Source: an uncultured Candidatus Saccharibacteria bacterium (GTDB lineage: Bacteria > Patescibacteriota > Minisyncoccia > Phycocordibacterales > G965230995). From it: 64,000 nt of DNA. The position numbers and the translations under genes were made by a program. The stretch covers positions 309,204 through 373,203 of the forward strand of contig OZ246398.1 in the NCBI GenBank assembly GCA_965230995.1, in the 5' to 3' direction. Below the pieces are notes generated by a model. That model did not search any database. It was not told the origin of the DNA and saw only the letters and a program-made list of their open reading frames with translations. Every line of letters begins with the position of its first letter. Position 1 is the stretch's first letter. Positions 10,129 to 21,187 of this stretch are shown piece after piece.

Positions 10129-11523
10129 ATGCAATGGAGAACAAGAAGGAAAGCTCTCATAGGTATTACGACTACCATAGTAGTTTTGTTTGTGATCAGT
10201 ATTCCAGTTTATGTTATTTTCTTTACTGGAGTGCCAACTTGTTTTGATGGTAAAATGAACGGTGATGAACGAAACATAGACTGCGGAGGAAAATGTTCTA
10301 TTGTATGTGATGCCGATGTCTTGCCTGTCATTGTAAAGAGCTCAGAAGTTTTCAAAGTCACAAACGGAATTTATAACGGCATAGCATTGATAGAAAACAA
10401 AAATATAGACTCGGGGGCTTTTGATGTGCCTTATAGTTTTAAAGTAATAGACGATGTTGGGCGAGTAATCGACGAGAGAAAAGGTGTGATAGATATTCCG
10501 GCTAATTCTAGCACTGCAATTTTTGCAGGCTCGCTTAGAATAAAAAACGAAAATGTAAAATTTACTACTGATGTCAAAGTTTCCTACAGCGATGCCTTGT
10601 GGACAAAAGATGGCCCTAAAAATCCAAATGTAAATGTGACAGTAGGAGCAATACAAAATGAAGACTCAAGACCTAGGATTGATGGAAATATTATAAATAA
10701 CGGTGAACAAAAAAGCCCTAAAGTAAATATTGTTGCTGTAATATCTGATGACGACGGATATCCGATTGGTGTATCGAGCACGATAGTCGATCCATTATCA
10801 AAAAACGCAAGCAAGCCAATATATTTTTCTTGGCCGGAACCATTTCTAGTTGGTAGTAAAATGTGTATGCCAGGAAGTGGCAGAAAAGTTTCTTCTTTTT
10901 TGGGTGATGTTGCAATTGTTATAGACAGGTCAGGTAGTATGGAATACGAATCAAAAAATCCTCCAGAACCTCTTCTTACTGTAAAAGTATCTGCGATTAA
11001 ATTCGCTCAAAGTATGTCTGGTACTGATAAGGGGGCACTGGTTACTTTTGCAGACGAAGCTGTTGTTGATATGGATTTGTCATCTGATTATGAATCTTTG
11101 ATATCAACAATAGATAATGTTGCCATTGGAACAAAAGGAATACAAAACACTAATTTTGGTGATGGAATTAAAAAAGCAGTTGAAGTTTTAACTGGTAATA
11201 ATTCTACAAACAAAAGAAAAGCAATTGTAATCCTCACGGATGGAATTGCTACAAGGCCACTATCAAATACAATCAAAAATTACCCCGAAGTTTTTGCAAA
11301 AGAACAGACAGATATTGCAAAAGGAAAAGATATAGAAATATATGTGATTGGACTTGGAAAAAATGTTAATGAATCTTTCCTAAAATCTGTCGCAAGTTCT
11401 GAACAGAATTATTATGGTGCTGATAGAAAAGAAGAGCTTTCTGGAATTTATGATTCTATCGCTACGTCAATTTGTAGCAAGAGACCGGCTATCGTAAAGA
11501 CTTATGTGGTCGAGATGAACTAA
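10129..11523 (+). CDS. membrane-anchored protein with a C-terminal von Willebrand factor A (vWA) domain
   Basis: An N-terminal TM helix (IGITTTIVVLFVISIPVYVIFF) is present. A MIDAS-like DVAIVIDRSGSM motif is followed by LVTFADEA and AIVILTDGIAT. Confidence 0.7.
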   Translation: MQWRTRRKALIGITTTIVVLFVISIPVYVIFFTGVPTCFDGKMNGDERNIDCGGKCSIVCDADVLPVIVKSSEVFKVTNGIYNGIALIENKNIDSGAFDVPYSFKVIDDVGRVIDERKGVIDIPANSSTAIFAGSLRIKNENVKFTTDVKVSYSDALWTKDGPKNPNVNVTVGAIQNEDSRPRIDGNIINNGEQKSPKVNIVAVISDDDGYPIGVSSTIVDPLSKNASKPIYFSWPEPFLVGSKMCMPGSGRKVSSFLGDVAIVIDRSGSMEYESKNPPEPLLTVKVSAIKFAQSMSGTDKGALVTFADEAVVDMDLSSDYESLISTIDNVAIGTKGIQNTNFGDGIKKAVEVLTGNNSTNKRKAIVILTDGIATRPLSNTIKNYPEVFAKEQTDIAKGKDIEIYVIGLGKNVNESFLKSVASSEQNYYGADRKEELSGIYDSIATSICSKRPAIVKTYVVEMN

Positions 11524-11524
11524 T

Positions 11525-12664
11525 ATGGGTTTTTCAAGGAAACTTAGTCTGCTCGCTTCGTTCGATTGGTGGCTAATATCATCTGCTTTTTTGATTTCTT
11601 GTGCCGGGCTTGTCACAATGAATTCATTTGTGGGGAACAGTTATTTTTTTGAAAAACAGCTCGTAATTGTCTTGGTTGGTTTTGCGCTCGCTCTGGGAAT
11701 TAGTTTTATAGATTTCAGATTTCTTCGAAGAACTTCGATTGTGGTTATTGCGTATTTTATCGTTGTCTTGCTTTTGGGATTTCTGCTTTTGTATGGGCAA
11801 GTCGTAAAGGGTGCCAAGGGTTGGATAGATTTAGGTTTCTTTTCACTTCAACCATCAGAACTGGCAAAGCTTGCTTTGATTTTGCTCTTGTCAAAATATT
11901 TTGCTCGTAGACACATTGAGATTGCAAATATTCGCCATATTATATTGTCGGGATTTTACGCTTTTGTTTTGTTTATATTGGTATCTTTGCAACCAGACTT
12001 TGGTTCTGCTGTCATTATATTTTTAATTTGGTTCGGTATGGTGCTGGTATCTGGAATTTCCAAAAAGCATCTTTTTTTGGTGTTTACAATTTGCGCTCTA
12101 ACTTTCGGTTTCCTTTGGACTGGAGTTTTCGAGGATTATCAAAAGGCAAGAATTAGGACTTTTATACACCCGCTCGCTGATGTGAGAGGGGCAGGCTACA
12201 ACGCTTTGCAATCTACTATTGCTGTCGGGTCAGGAGAGGTTTTGGGCAAAGGTGTTGCCTATGGTACACAATCAAAATTACAATTCCTCCCAGAATACGA
12301 GACAGACTTTATCTTTGCTGCTTTTGCCGAAGAGTGGGGTTTTGTTGGTGTTCTGGCTCTGTTTATTTTGTATGGGATAATTGTATTTAGATCAGTAATG
12401 ATTGCAATGCGAGCTCATAGTAATTTCGAAGCCTTGTTTGCTCTGGGTTTTGCTATTTTTATCATAAGCCATTTCACAATACACGTTGGAATGAACATCG
12501 GAGTTCTACCTGTCACAGGTATTACGATTCCTTTTATGAGCTATGGTGGAAGTCACATAATAGTCGAGTGTCTAATGATTGGAATACTTTTGGGTATGCG
12601 AAGATACGAAAGACCCGTTCATAGGCAGGCCTTCCAAAACGAAATTTTGGATATAAATAATTAA
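11525..12664 (+). CDS. SEDS-family peptidoglycan glycosyltransferase (FtsW/RodA)
   Basis: A multi-TM protein carrying the GWIDLGFFSLQPSELAKLALILLLSKYF motif typical of FtsW/RodA. Confidence 0.8.
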   Translation: MGFSRKLSLLASFDWWLISSAFLISCAGLVTMNSFVGNSYFFEKQLVIVLVGFALALGISFIDFRFLRRTSIVVIAYFIVVLLLGFLLLYGQVVKGAKGWIDLGFFSLQPSELAKLALILLLSKYFARRHIEIANIRHIILSGFYAFVLFILVSLQPDFGSAVIIFLIWFGMVLVSGISKKHLFLVFTICALTFGFLWTGVFEDYQKARIRTFIHPLADVRGAGYNALQSTIAVGSGEVLGKGVAYGTQSKLQFLPEYETDFIFAAFAEEWGFVGVLALFILYGIIVFRSVMIAMRAHSNFEALFALGFAIFIISHFTIHVGMNIGVLPVTGITIPFMSYGGSHIIVECLMIGILLGMRRYERPVHRQAFQNEILDINN

Positions 12665-13797
12665 TAGTATATTTTCTTTGTCTCTTCGATCATTTTTTCC
12701 ATCGAGAATTCTTTTGTAGAAAGTTCATAGAGAGCCTCGCCAAATTTTGTCAGGTCCTTTTTGTGTTCGAGGGCATATCTAACTGCGTGAAAAAATTCAC
12801 TTGGTATTTTTGGTTTTATGAGAAGACCTGTCTCTAGATTTTTTATTATTTCCGGTATTCCACCGACATCTGTTGCTATAACGGGAGTTCTAGAAAAACC
12901 AGCTTCGATTAGTGTGTATGGAAATGCTTCTGTTCTGGATGTTAGGGTAAATATATCAAAAGCCTTCTGATATTTCCTCGCGTCACTTATAAAACCTAAA
13001 AATTTTATTTGCTCTTCTGCTCCGAGTTCTTTTACAAGTTTTTGCAAAGATTCTTTTTCTTCACCATCTCCAATTATATAGAAACCAACATCTTTTCTGT
13101 CTCTAAGCAACCCGCTTATGCCTTTGATTGCAATATCGAGACCTTTGTTTTTGTGTAGTTCAGATATTGTTCCGATCCAAATCTTGAATTTTGAATCTTT
13201 GTCTAATTCTCGTCTCGCATTTGCTTTGGATAGTAGGGGAATTGGAAAAATTCCATTATGGATAACTTTTATTTTTTTTGCGACTGATTCTATGGCAGAC
13301 ATATCTCGTTTGGTCTTTTCCGAGACTGCTATTGTAGTATCAGTGAGAGCGACTGTGATTGTGTGTAGAATATAATAAAAAATCTTTTTAAAAATATGTC
13401 CATCTTCGTTCGATGCCCAGCCGTGAGCGGTAAAAATTATTTTTACTTTTTTATCTTTGCCAAAAGTCAGGTTGTATATTCTAGAAGCTAACGCTCCGAG
13501 GAAACCAACTTTTGAACTATTTAAATGGATAATGTCCGGAGCTTCTTTTTTAAGAAGAAAAAACATTTCTTTTAGTACAGAAAAATCAGAACTGATGTCG
13601 ATATCTCTTTTGAGATTATTTAATTCGATTGTGCGGATATTTTTTTCTGCAAGCTTTTCAGGCAGAGTTTTGCCTTGGCCATAAGCGACAGCTACATCAA
13701 AATCTGCCATTAAATTTGAAGCAAGATCAAAAACATATCTTTGCGCCCCGCCAAAATTTCCTTTTGTAATAACAAAAAGGACTTTTTTATTTGCCAT
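12661..13797 (-). CDS. glycosyltransferase family 4 (GT-B)
   Basis: N-terminal ...FVITKGNFGGAQRY... and a C-terminal EX7E-type region EAFPYTLIEAGFSRTPVIATDVGGIPEII. Confidence 0.8.
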   Translation of the reverse strand: MANKKVLFVITKGNFGGAQRYVFDLASNLMADFDVAVAYGQGKTLPEKLAEKNIRTIELNNLKRDIDISSDFSVLKEMFFLLKKEAPDIIHLNSSKVGFLGALASRIYNLTFGKDKKVKIIFTAHGWASNEDGHIFKKIFYYILHTITVALTDTTIAVSEKTKRDMSAIESVAKKIKVIHNGIFPIPLLSKANARRELDKDSKFKIWIGTISELHKNKGLDIAIKGISGLLRDRKDVGFYIIGDGEEKESLQKLVKELGAEEQIKFLGFISDARKYQKAFDIFTLTSRTEAFPYTLIEAGFSRTPVIATDVGGIPEIIKNLETGLLIKPKIPSEFFHAVRYALEHKKDLTKFGEALYELSTKEFSMEKMIEETKKIYY

Positions 13798-13877
13798 ATA
13801 TCATAAAATTGTAACAAAAAATGACTATTTTTTCCACCTTGTGTTTCTTTTTGCTTTAAGTAGTATAATTACCACAT

Positions 13878-15230
13878 ATGTCAATGATTAATAGGAAGGA
13901 GATTCTCGTGCTTTTTGTGGGGGATATTGTTGTCTTTTTTATCTCTCTGTTTATTACTCTTTATGTTAGATATGGTTTAAACATATCAGAAAAGACTTTT
14001 GTAAGTCACCTTTCTTCTTTCTCTATTCTATTTTTGGTATGGATAGTTGTTTATTTTATCTCTGGGCTTTACGATAAACACACTACAATACTAAAAAACA
14101 AATTACCGTCGATTCTTTTTAATGTCGGTCTAATTAATACTGCAATTGCTGTTCTGTTCTTTTATTTAATTCCATATTTCGGAATTACTCCAAAGACAAA
14201 CCTTTTTGTATATCTGCTTTTTTCTTTTGTACTGATGTTGTTTTGGAGAATTAAAGGATTTGAAATTGTTTCTAAAAAAAGAAAGCACAAAGCAATTGTA
14301 ATAGGAAGCGGAAGAGAAATGCAGGAGCTCATAAAAGAAGTGAACGACAATTCACGATATGATTTGCATTTTATTTCTTCAGTTGATATTGAAAATATAG
14401 ACAATATTGATTTTCAAGAAGAGGTTTTGAACCGTATCTATTCAGAAGAAATCGGTGTGATTGCTGTTGATTTGCGAAATGAAAAAGTTTCGCGTATTTT
14501 ACCAAGTCTATACAATCTGATTTTCTCTCGCGTTCAATTCATAGATATGCACAAATTGTACGAAGATATTTTTGATAGAGTCCCATTATCGCTTGTAAAA
14601 TATAGCTGGTTTTTGGAAAACATTTCACTTACACCAAGAATCGCTTATGACTTTCCAAAGAGAATTATGGATATAATCGTTGGCGGTTTGCTCGCTCTCG
14701 TTTCTCTTGTTGTTTATCCTTTTGTCATCATCGCGATTAAATTAGAAGACGGAAAAGAAATTTTTTCTGTTCAAACCAGAGTTGGTAAGAACAACAAAGA
14801 AATAAAATTAATCAAATTCAGATCGATGGCATTTACAGATGGGGGAGATTGGGAAAAAAATGGTAGAGAAAATTACGTTACAAAAGTAGGTAGCTTCATA
14901 AGAAAAACCAGAATCGATGAATTGCCACAATTATGGAATGTGCTTTTAGGAGATGTTTCTTTGATTGGACCTAGACCAGAATTTTCTAATGCGGTAAAAA
15001 AATACACCGAAGACATACCATATTACAATATTAGACATTTGATCAAGCCTGGACTTTCAGGTTGGGCGCAAATGAAGCATGACAAACATCCTCATCATGG
15101 AACAGATGTTGTTGAGACAAAAAACAAACTTTCTTATGATTTGTTCTATATTAAAAACAGATCTTTTTCTCTTGATTTAAAAATTGCACTGCAGACAATT
15201 CAAATAATGATTCTCGTAAAGGGTAGGTAA
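13878..15230 (+). CDS. polyprenyl-phosphate sugar phosphotransferase (bacterial sugar transferase, WbaP/PglB-like initiating enzyme)
   Basis: An N-terminal TM region is followed by the conserved C-terminal motifs KLIKFRSM...DELPQLWNVLLGDVSLIGPRPE. Confidence 0.85.
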   Translation: MSMINRKEILVLFVGDIVVFFISLFITLYVRYGLNISEKTFVSHLSSFSILFLVWIVVYFISGLYDKHTTILKNKLPSILFNVGLINTAIAVLFFYLIPYFGITPKTNLFVYLLFSFVLMLFWRIKGFEIVSKKRKHKAIVIGSGREMQELIKEVNDNSRYDLHFISSVDIENIDNIDFQEEVLNRIYSEEIGVIAVDLRNEKVSRILPSLYNLIFSRVQFIDMHKLYEDIFDRVPLSLVKYSWFLENISLTPRIAYDFPKRIMDIIVGGLLALVSLVVYPFVIIAIKLEDGKEIFSVQTRVGKNNKEIKLIKFRSMAFTDGGDWEKNGRENYVTKVGSFIRKTRIDELPQLWNVLLGDVSLIGPRPEFSNAVKKYTEDIPYYNIRHLIKPGLSGWAQMKHDKHPHHGTDVVETKNKLSYDLFYIKNRSFSLDLKIALQTIQIMILVKGR

Positions 15231-15307
15231 AAATTGACTTTTGCTTTCTAATGTGTTAAAGTTTTAATAGGACAAAACAAAAGTAAACCACAACGGAGGC
15301 TGATTCC

Positions 15308-15928
15308 ATGGCTGACGCTTTTTCTCTCCATAACGAATATGTAATGGAGAAGATTACCGAACGAGATTGGCAGTTCTACTATCGGGTAGATTGCTATCTT
15401 CGGAGGATTGCACGGTTCTTGATTTCGGTCCCCAAGGAGAAGATGCCATTTGGAAACTGTCATGTTATCTCCATTGCAGTTTCTCGGATTGAGCCCGAGC
15501 TCAAGGTTGAACATGGCTACCTGCTCGGACTCTCGAGGGAGGCAGACGGAACCATGATGTTACAGCCAAAGCAACATTCGTGGCTCGTGACACCTGACGG
15601 GAACATCATTGACCCATACCCTGTATGCATTGCCACAAAAGGCATCATCATGGTGTGTGCAGTCGGCGACGAAGCCTGTTGGGGGGGGGCGGGATGTATC
15701 ACCCCAGCAACGAGATTCGAAATTGGCTCGAGTCCTCGAGGCTTTGGTGGCGACGCGCAGAAGTTTGTCGCCAGATCATTTGTGGAAAGAAACCGGAGGA
15801 CATCGGCAAACATCACTGATAGTCTTCCGAAGATACTGAGCGCCACCTGGGAGGGGCGCTCTTTGTTTTTTCATTTTTCTTTAATGTTGCTTTTTGTTTG
15901 TTGCGGGTATAGACTTGCTTTTGTATGA
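15308..15928 (+). CDS. hypothetical protein in GC-rich island C, possibly a Cys-His hydrolase. Its 3' end is uncertain.
   Basis: ggagg lies 7 nt upstream of the ATG. The hairpin gcgccacctgggaggggcgc plus T-tract at ~15842-15875 falls inside the annotated 3' end, and a G9 homopolymer sits at 15681-15689. Ordered motifs: GNCHVIS ... EHGYLLG ... QHSWLVTPDGNIIDPYP. Confidence 0.4.
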   Translation: MADAFSLHNEYVMEKITERDWQFYYRVDCYLRRIARFLISVPKEKMPFGNCHVISIAVSRIEPELKVEHGYLLGLSREADGTMMLQPKQHSWLVTPDGNIIDPYPVCIATKGIIMVCAVGDEACWGGAGCITPATRFEIGSSPRGFGGDAQKFVARSFVERNRRTSANITDSLPKILSATWEGRSLFFHFSLMLLFVCCGYRLAFV

Positions 15929-17265
15929 AATACAGAATTTATTCTATAGTATTATTCGTTTTGGCGGGATTTCTTGCCTTTTTTATTTATTCATCGGAGA
16001 CAGGGGGGTATTTTTCAAAATTTAAGTTCAAGCTCGGTCTAGACCTCGCTGGTGGAACAGAATTAATTTACAAAGCAGATGTTAGTGCTATCGAGGATGA
16101 TCCGAGCGATGCAATGTCTACCTTGCGAGACGTCATCGAGAGGAGAATAAACATTTTTGGAGTTTCTGAACCATTGGTCCAGGTCGAAGAGGCTGGGCTC
16201 GTGTCTGGAAACAGGGAACATCGATTGATTGTTGAACTTCCAGGTGTGACTGACGTTAAAGAAGCTATTGCACAAATTGGAAAGACACCTCTTTTGGAAT
16301 TTAGACTCCAAAAAGAAAATGCAGAGGAGATCATAAAGCAAAATCCAAATGCTGGTGAAGACGAGATTTTTTCTCAGACTGGTTTAACTGGTCAATATCT
16401 ATCTAGAGCATCTGTGCAGTTTACTCAGTCAAGACAGGGTGCTTTCGGTGAACCTTATGTTTCTTTGGAATTCAATAGTGAGGGAAAAGAAAAATTTGCT
16501 GAAATAACGAGAAATAATGTTGGTAAAGTTCTCGCTGTCTTTCTAGACGGTAGCCCGATTTCAACACCGGTTATTCGAGAAGAAATTACCGGAGGGCAAG
16601 CGCAAATCTCTGGAGGATTTTCTGTTGATGAAGCAAAAGAGCTTGTAAGAAATCTAAATTATGGTGCATTACCAGTTCCAATTTCACTTGAGAGTACACA
16701 AACAGTTGGAGCAACACTTGGTGGGGAAGCGTTCAATATGGGAATTAATGCTGGACTTTGGGGACTTTTGCTTGTGATTGTATTCCTATTGTTCTGGTAC
16801 AGACTTCCTGGTTTTGTCGCCGTGCTTGGTTTGTTTATGTATATAGTCATTTCTCTTTCGTTGTTTAAATTAATTCCAGTCACACTTACCGCTGCTGGTC
16901 TTGCTGGATTTATTCTGTCTGTCGGTATGGCAGTCGACGCAAACATTTTGATTTTTGAAAGAATGAAGGAAGAAATGAGAAAAGGAAAGGAGATAAAAGA
17001 TTCCGCAAAAGAAGGATTTGCGAGAGCTTGGACTTCGATAAGGGACTCAAATATTTCAAGTATCATAACCGCAATCGTTTTGTTCTGGCTTGGAACTTCG
17101 AGCGTTAAAGGCTTTGCTCTTACTCTCGGAATTGGAGTTTTGGTTTCTATGTTTAGTGCAATCACGGCTTCGAGAACATTCCTGTTTGCTATGGGATTGA
17201 AAGAAAGCAAAATTGGCAGATTTCTTTTCTCGGCTGGCATTATCAATTCACATAAAAACGACTAA
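15925..17265 (+). CDS. secD: protein translocase subunit SecD
   Basis: GLDLAGGTELIYKAD..., a periplasmic domain and C-terminal TM helices; immediately followed by secF. Confidence 0.88.
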   Translation: MKYRIYSIVLFVLAGFLAFFIYSSETGGYFSKFKFKLGLDLAGGTELIYKADVSAIEDDPSDAMSTLRDVIERRINIFGVSEPLVQVEEAGLVSGNREHRLIVELPGVTDVKEAIAQIGKTPLLEFRLQKENAEEIIKQNPNAGEDEIFSQTGLTGQYLSRASVQFTQSRQGAFGEPYVSLEFNSEGKEKFAEITRNNVGKVLAVFLDGSPISTPVIREEITGGQAQISGGFSVDEAKELVRNLNYGALPVPISLESTQTVGATLGGEAFNMGINAGLWGLLLVIVFLLFWYRLPGFVAVLGLFMYIVISLSLFKLIPVTLTAAGLAGFILSVGMAVDANILIFERMKEEMRKGKEIKDSAKEGFARAWTSIRDSNISSIITAIVLFWLGTSSVKGFALTLGIGVLVSMFSAITASRTFLFAMGLKESKIGRFLFSAGIINSHKND

Positions 17266-17266
17266 C

Positions 17267-18178
17267 ATGTTCATCATTAAATACAGAAATATATTCTTTG
17301 CTATCTCAAGTGTTCTTGTGATCGCATCTATCGTCTTTATGTCTGTTTGGGGTCTTAATCTCGGAATTGATTTTACTGGGGGATCTATCGTAGAAGTGAC
17401 ATACAAAAATGAAAGACCAGATATTGAATTGGTTAGGGCAGAAATAGCCAAAGAGGGAATTGAGGGTGTGTCTGTGAGACCAACAGGGGATAAAGGATAT
17501 ACAATTCGTTCAAAACAAATTGACGAGGCAAAGAAAGAAAGTCTAATATCAAAAATATCTTTTGGTAAAACAGAAGATTTAACAGTGGAGAGGTTTAACT
17601 CAATTGGTCCTGTTGCCGGAAAAGAACTACAGAGAAAATCTTTCTATGCGATAATTGTAGTAATCATTGCAATTCTATTCTTCATTGTCTTTGCATTTAG
17701 AAAAGTATCAAAACCAGTTTCTTCTTGGAAATACGGACTTGCAACTATAATTGCTCTTGTTCACGATGTGATTGTGCCGACTGGAATATTTGTGGTTCTT
17801 GGGCGCTACTTTGGAATGGAAATCGATTTGCTATTCGTGGCGGCTCTGCTTTCTATTATGGGATATTCTGTCCACGACACCATTGTTGTCTTTGACCGAG
17901 TCAGAGAAAACTTGCTTCTAAATATTGATAATAGAAAAAAGGAATCATACGACGTGACAGTCGGAAAGGGTCTTATGCAAACAATGGGACGTTCTATAAA
18001 CACGTCTCTAACCACAATATTAGTTCTCGTTGCACTATTTATTCTGGGTGGAGAAGCCACAAAGAATTTTGCTCTGATATTGCTTATAGGAATGCTTATT
18101 GGTGCCTATTCTTCAATATTCCTTGCTAGCCCACTTTTGGTTTTGTTTCAAGGTAAGGGAGAAAATAAAGCAAAATAA
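17267..18178 (+). CDS. secF: protein translocase subunit SecF. The start is refined to the ATG directly after the secD stop.
   Basis: N-terminal GLNLGIDFTGGSIVEV, followed by TM helices typical of SecF. Confidence 0.85.
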   Translation: MFIIKYRNIFFAISSVLVIASIVFMSVWGLNLGIDFTGGSIVEVTYKNERPDIELVRAEIAKEGIEGVSVRPTGDKGYTIRSKQIDEAKKESLISKISFGKTEDLTVERFNSIGPVAGKELQRKSFYAIIVVIIAILFFIVFAFRKVSKPVSSWKYGLATIIALVHDVIVPTGIFVVLGRYFGMEIDLLFVAALLSIMGYSVHDTIVVFDRVRENLLLNIDNRKKESYDVTVGKGLMQTMGRSINTSLTTILVLVALFILGGEATKNFALILLIGMLIGAYSSIFLASPLLVLFQGKGENKAK

Positions 18179-18199
18179 AGATATTTTTAAACAGATATT

Positions 18200-18236
18200 T
18201 AAAACAAAGGCCACGCTTCGCGTGGCCTTTGTTTTT
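18200..18236 (+). terminator. terminator after secF
   Basis: aaacaaaggccacgcttcgcgtggcctttgttttt. Confidence 0.6.
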
Positions 18237-18275
18237 ATGGCTCTAAATATAGCTTAAAATCACTATGTAATGGTC

Positions 18276-18303
18276 TTGACTATAAAACGGTTCTGTATAT
18301 AAT
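18276..18303 (+). promoter_or_regulatory. candidate promoter for 16S (TTGACT-16-TATAAT)
   Basis: ttgactataaaacggttctgtatataat; the gttctgtatata core is shared with the 23S promoter. Confidence 0.45.
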
Positions 18304-18533
18304 GATGCCTACCGTTGTTTGAAAGCAACGAAGTACATTGAAAAATAAAGAACGTATTTAATTATACGTGCAAGTCACAGAATATTTTAAAATGATTTCT
18401 GGAAAATTGATCAAATCAATTCTCCTGACTAGGACGCGGAAAAATTTTTCGCATATAGCTGAAGTAAAATAATAACAAGGTAACTTGTTCCTTATTTTGT
18501 TTCGTTCACTCTTTACACAAAACCATTAGGTTT

Positions 18534-20025
<1,492 letters not shown>

Positions 20026-20329
20026 AAAACGTTAGTGCTTCTCTACAGGAGCACTAACTGAGAGGTCGGTATTGTGTATCTCGATCGAGTACATAATAGC
20101 CATCTATATGATGGAGATGAGAAAACATCTTTCAAAAATCTATACAGTTCGGAAAGACGAATACTGTAGTGAACGAAACAAAATAGGGAATAAAGCAAAA
20201 AACCGCCATAGGCGGTTTTTTGCTACCTATATATACTTGCTTTTTGCACTTGTTGTGGTATAATACATATTGAAGCCGCCTGGCGTTTCAGGCGACGTAG
20301 TTTCAGGCCCAAACCACAAGGAGTGGGTC

Positions 20330-20827
20330 ATGAAGAGCTTAATGTTGGTGGTAGCAGTGTTGCTTTGCCTCCCCGTCCGTGCGAATGGGGAACTGAGCAA
20401 ACGGATCTCGAGTGAGAGCGACTGGGCGAATGCGTTTGCCCTGATCCTTTCCCTCGAGAGCTCTGGTGGGGAGAAGAACCTCATCGGAGACAAGGGGGAA
20501 TCGTTTGGGTCTTTCCAGATCCAGGACGGGTACTTGCAGGATGCCCTGACGTGGGCGCGCAAGAATCCGTTGGATGAGAACGCCAAGGCGCTTCTCTACT
20601 GGGACAAGAAGCTGAGTGGGCTTACTCCGCAGAAGCTTCTTGGTGCACCGACGACCATCCCATGTAGTATTGTGAGGTGCTATATGGCGAGATGGGCTGG
20701 CCCCCAGCCGACTCTCGAAACGGTTCTCCGTACTCACAACGGTGGACCGAAAGACCCGAAAAAAATCAAAAAATGGGTTGATAAAACTGATCCATACATT
20801 GCGAGGGCAAAGGAGGCCCTCCGGTGA
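20330..20827 (+). CDS. secreted lytic transglycosylase (GH23; VirB1/IagB/P19-like small SLT-domain protein) in GC-rich island D
   Basis: aaggag lies 7 nt before the ATG, and the signal peptide is MKSLMLVVAVLLCLPVRANG. SLT motifs are present: ESSGGE...GESFGSFQIQDGY, ...RCYMARW... and RTHNGGP (AYNxG-like). A hairpin plus T-tract terminator lies at ~20840-20895. Confidence 0.5.
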   Translation: MKSLMLVVAVLLCLPVRANGELSKRISSESDWANAFALILSLESSGGEKNLIGDKGESFGSFQIQDGYLQDALTWARKNPLDENAKALLYWDKKLSGLTPQKLLGAPTTIPCSIVRCYMARWAGPQPTLETVLRTHNGGPKDPKKIKKWVDKTDPYIARAKEALR

Positions 20828-20957
20828 TCTGGACCGTAGCGTGAATCAGGCCGGCACTGTGGTATCCCAAGCGGGAACACGGTGCCGGCCATGACTTTTT
20901 ATACTTGTAACATTGCAGTTTTTTTGGTAGCTTTATGTAGTAGTTTGAAAGTAAACG

Positions 20958-20996
20958 CGCGTGTAGCAGAGCTGGTGATGAGCATTCGACTGACTT
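20958..20996 (+). pseudogene. partial 5' copy of tRNA-Ile (acceptor, D arm and anticodon-stem 5' half only)
   Basis: gcgcgtgtagcagagctggtgatgagcattcgactgac matches the intact tRNA-Ile up to the anticodon stem, then diverges. Confidence 0.4.
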
Positions 20997-21061
20997 CTTA
21001 CAGAAGCTGTACACCTTTTGGAGAAGATGCATTGTTCTTTTAAAATTATAGTTTGTTTCGT

Positions 21062-21135
21062 GCGCGTGTAGCTCAGCTGGCTAGAGCATTCGACTGATAC
21101 TCGAAAGGTCCCAAGTTCGACTCTTGGCACGCGCA
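21062..21135 (+). tRNA. tRNA-Ile (anticodon GAU)
   Basis: Cloverleaf: acceptor gcgcgtg/cacgcgc; D arm tagctcagctggctagagca; anticodon stem ttcga/tcgaa with loop cTGATAc; T arm ccaag-ttcgact-cttgg; discriminator A. No encoded CCA. Confidence 0.85.
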
Positions 21136-21187
21136 CAAAGTAAATTATAATAATTAGCTTTCCATTTATTTTTTTCAGTGTGTTTTT

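Noticed and set aside
15517-15846. Antisense 109 aa ORF and two small + ORFs (15609..15839, 15625..15819) inside island C
   Set aside because: These are overlapping alternative frames of a GC-rich segment. I kept them only as possible consequences of slippage at the G9 tract, not as genes.
17213-17266. ORF-track extended N-termini for secF (17213), murC (25774), secA (58136), the 8450 ORF and the deacetylase (40213)
   Set aside because: The extensions overlap upstream genes, terminators or foreign islands and lack family-typical N-terminal motifs. Internal ATGs give canonical N-termini.
20072-20263. 63 aa ORF just after the 16S
   Set aside because: It lies in the 16S trailer/terminator region (aaaaaccgccataggcggtttttt), and there is no RBS.
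20933-21136. Minus-strand 67 aa ORF
   Set aside because: It overlaps the tRNA-Ile gene and its partial copy, so it is a spurious frame.
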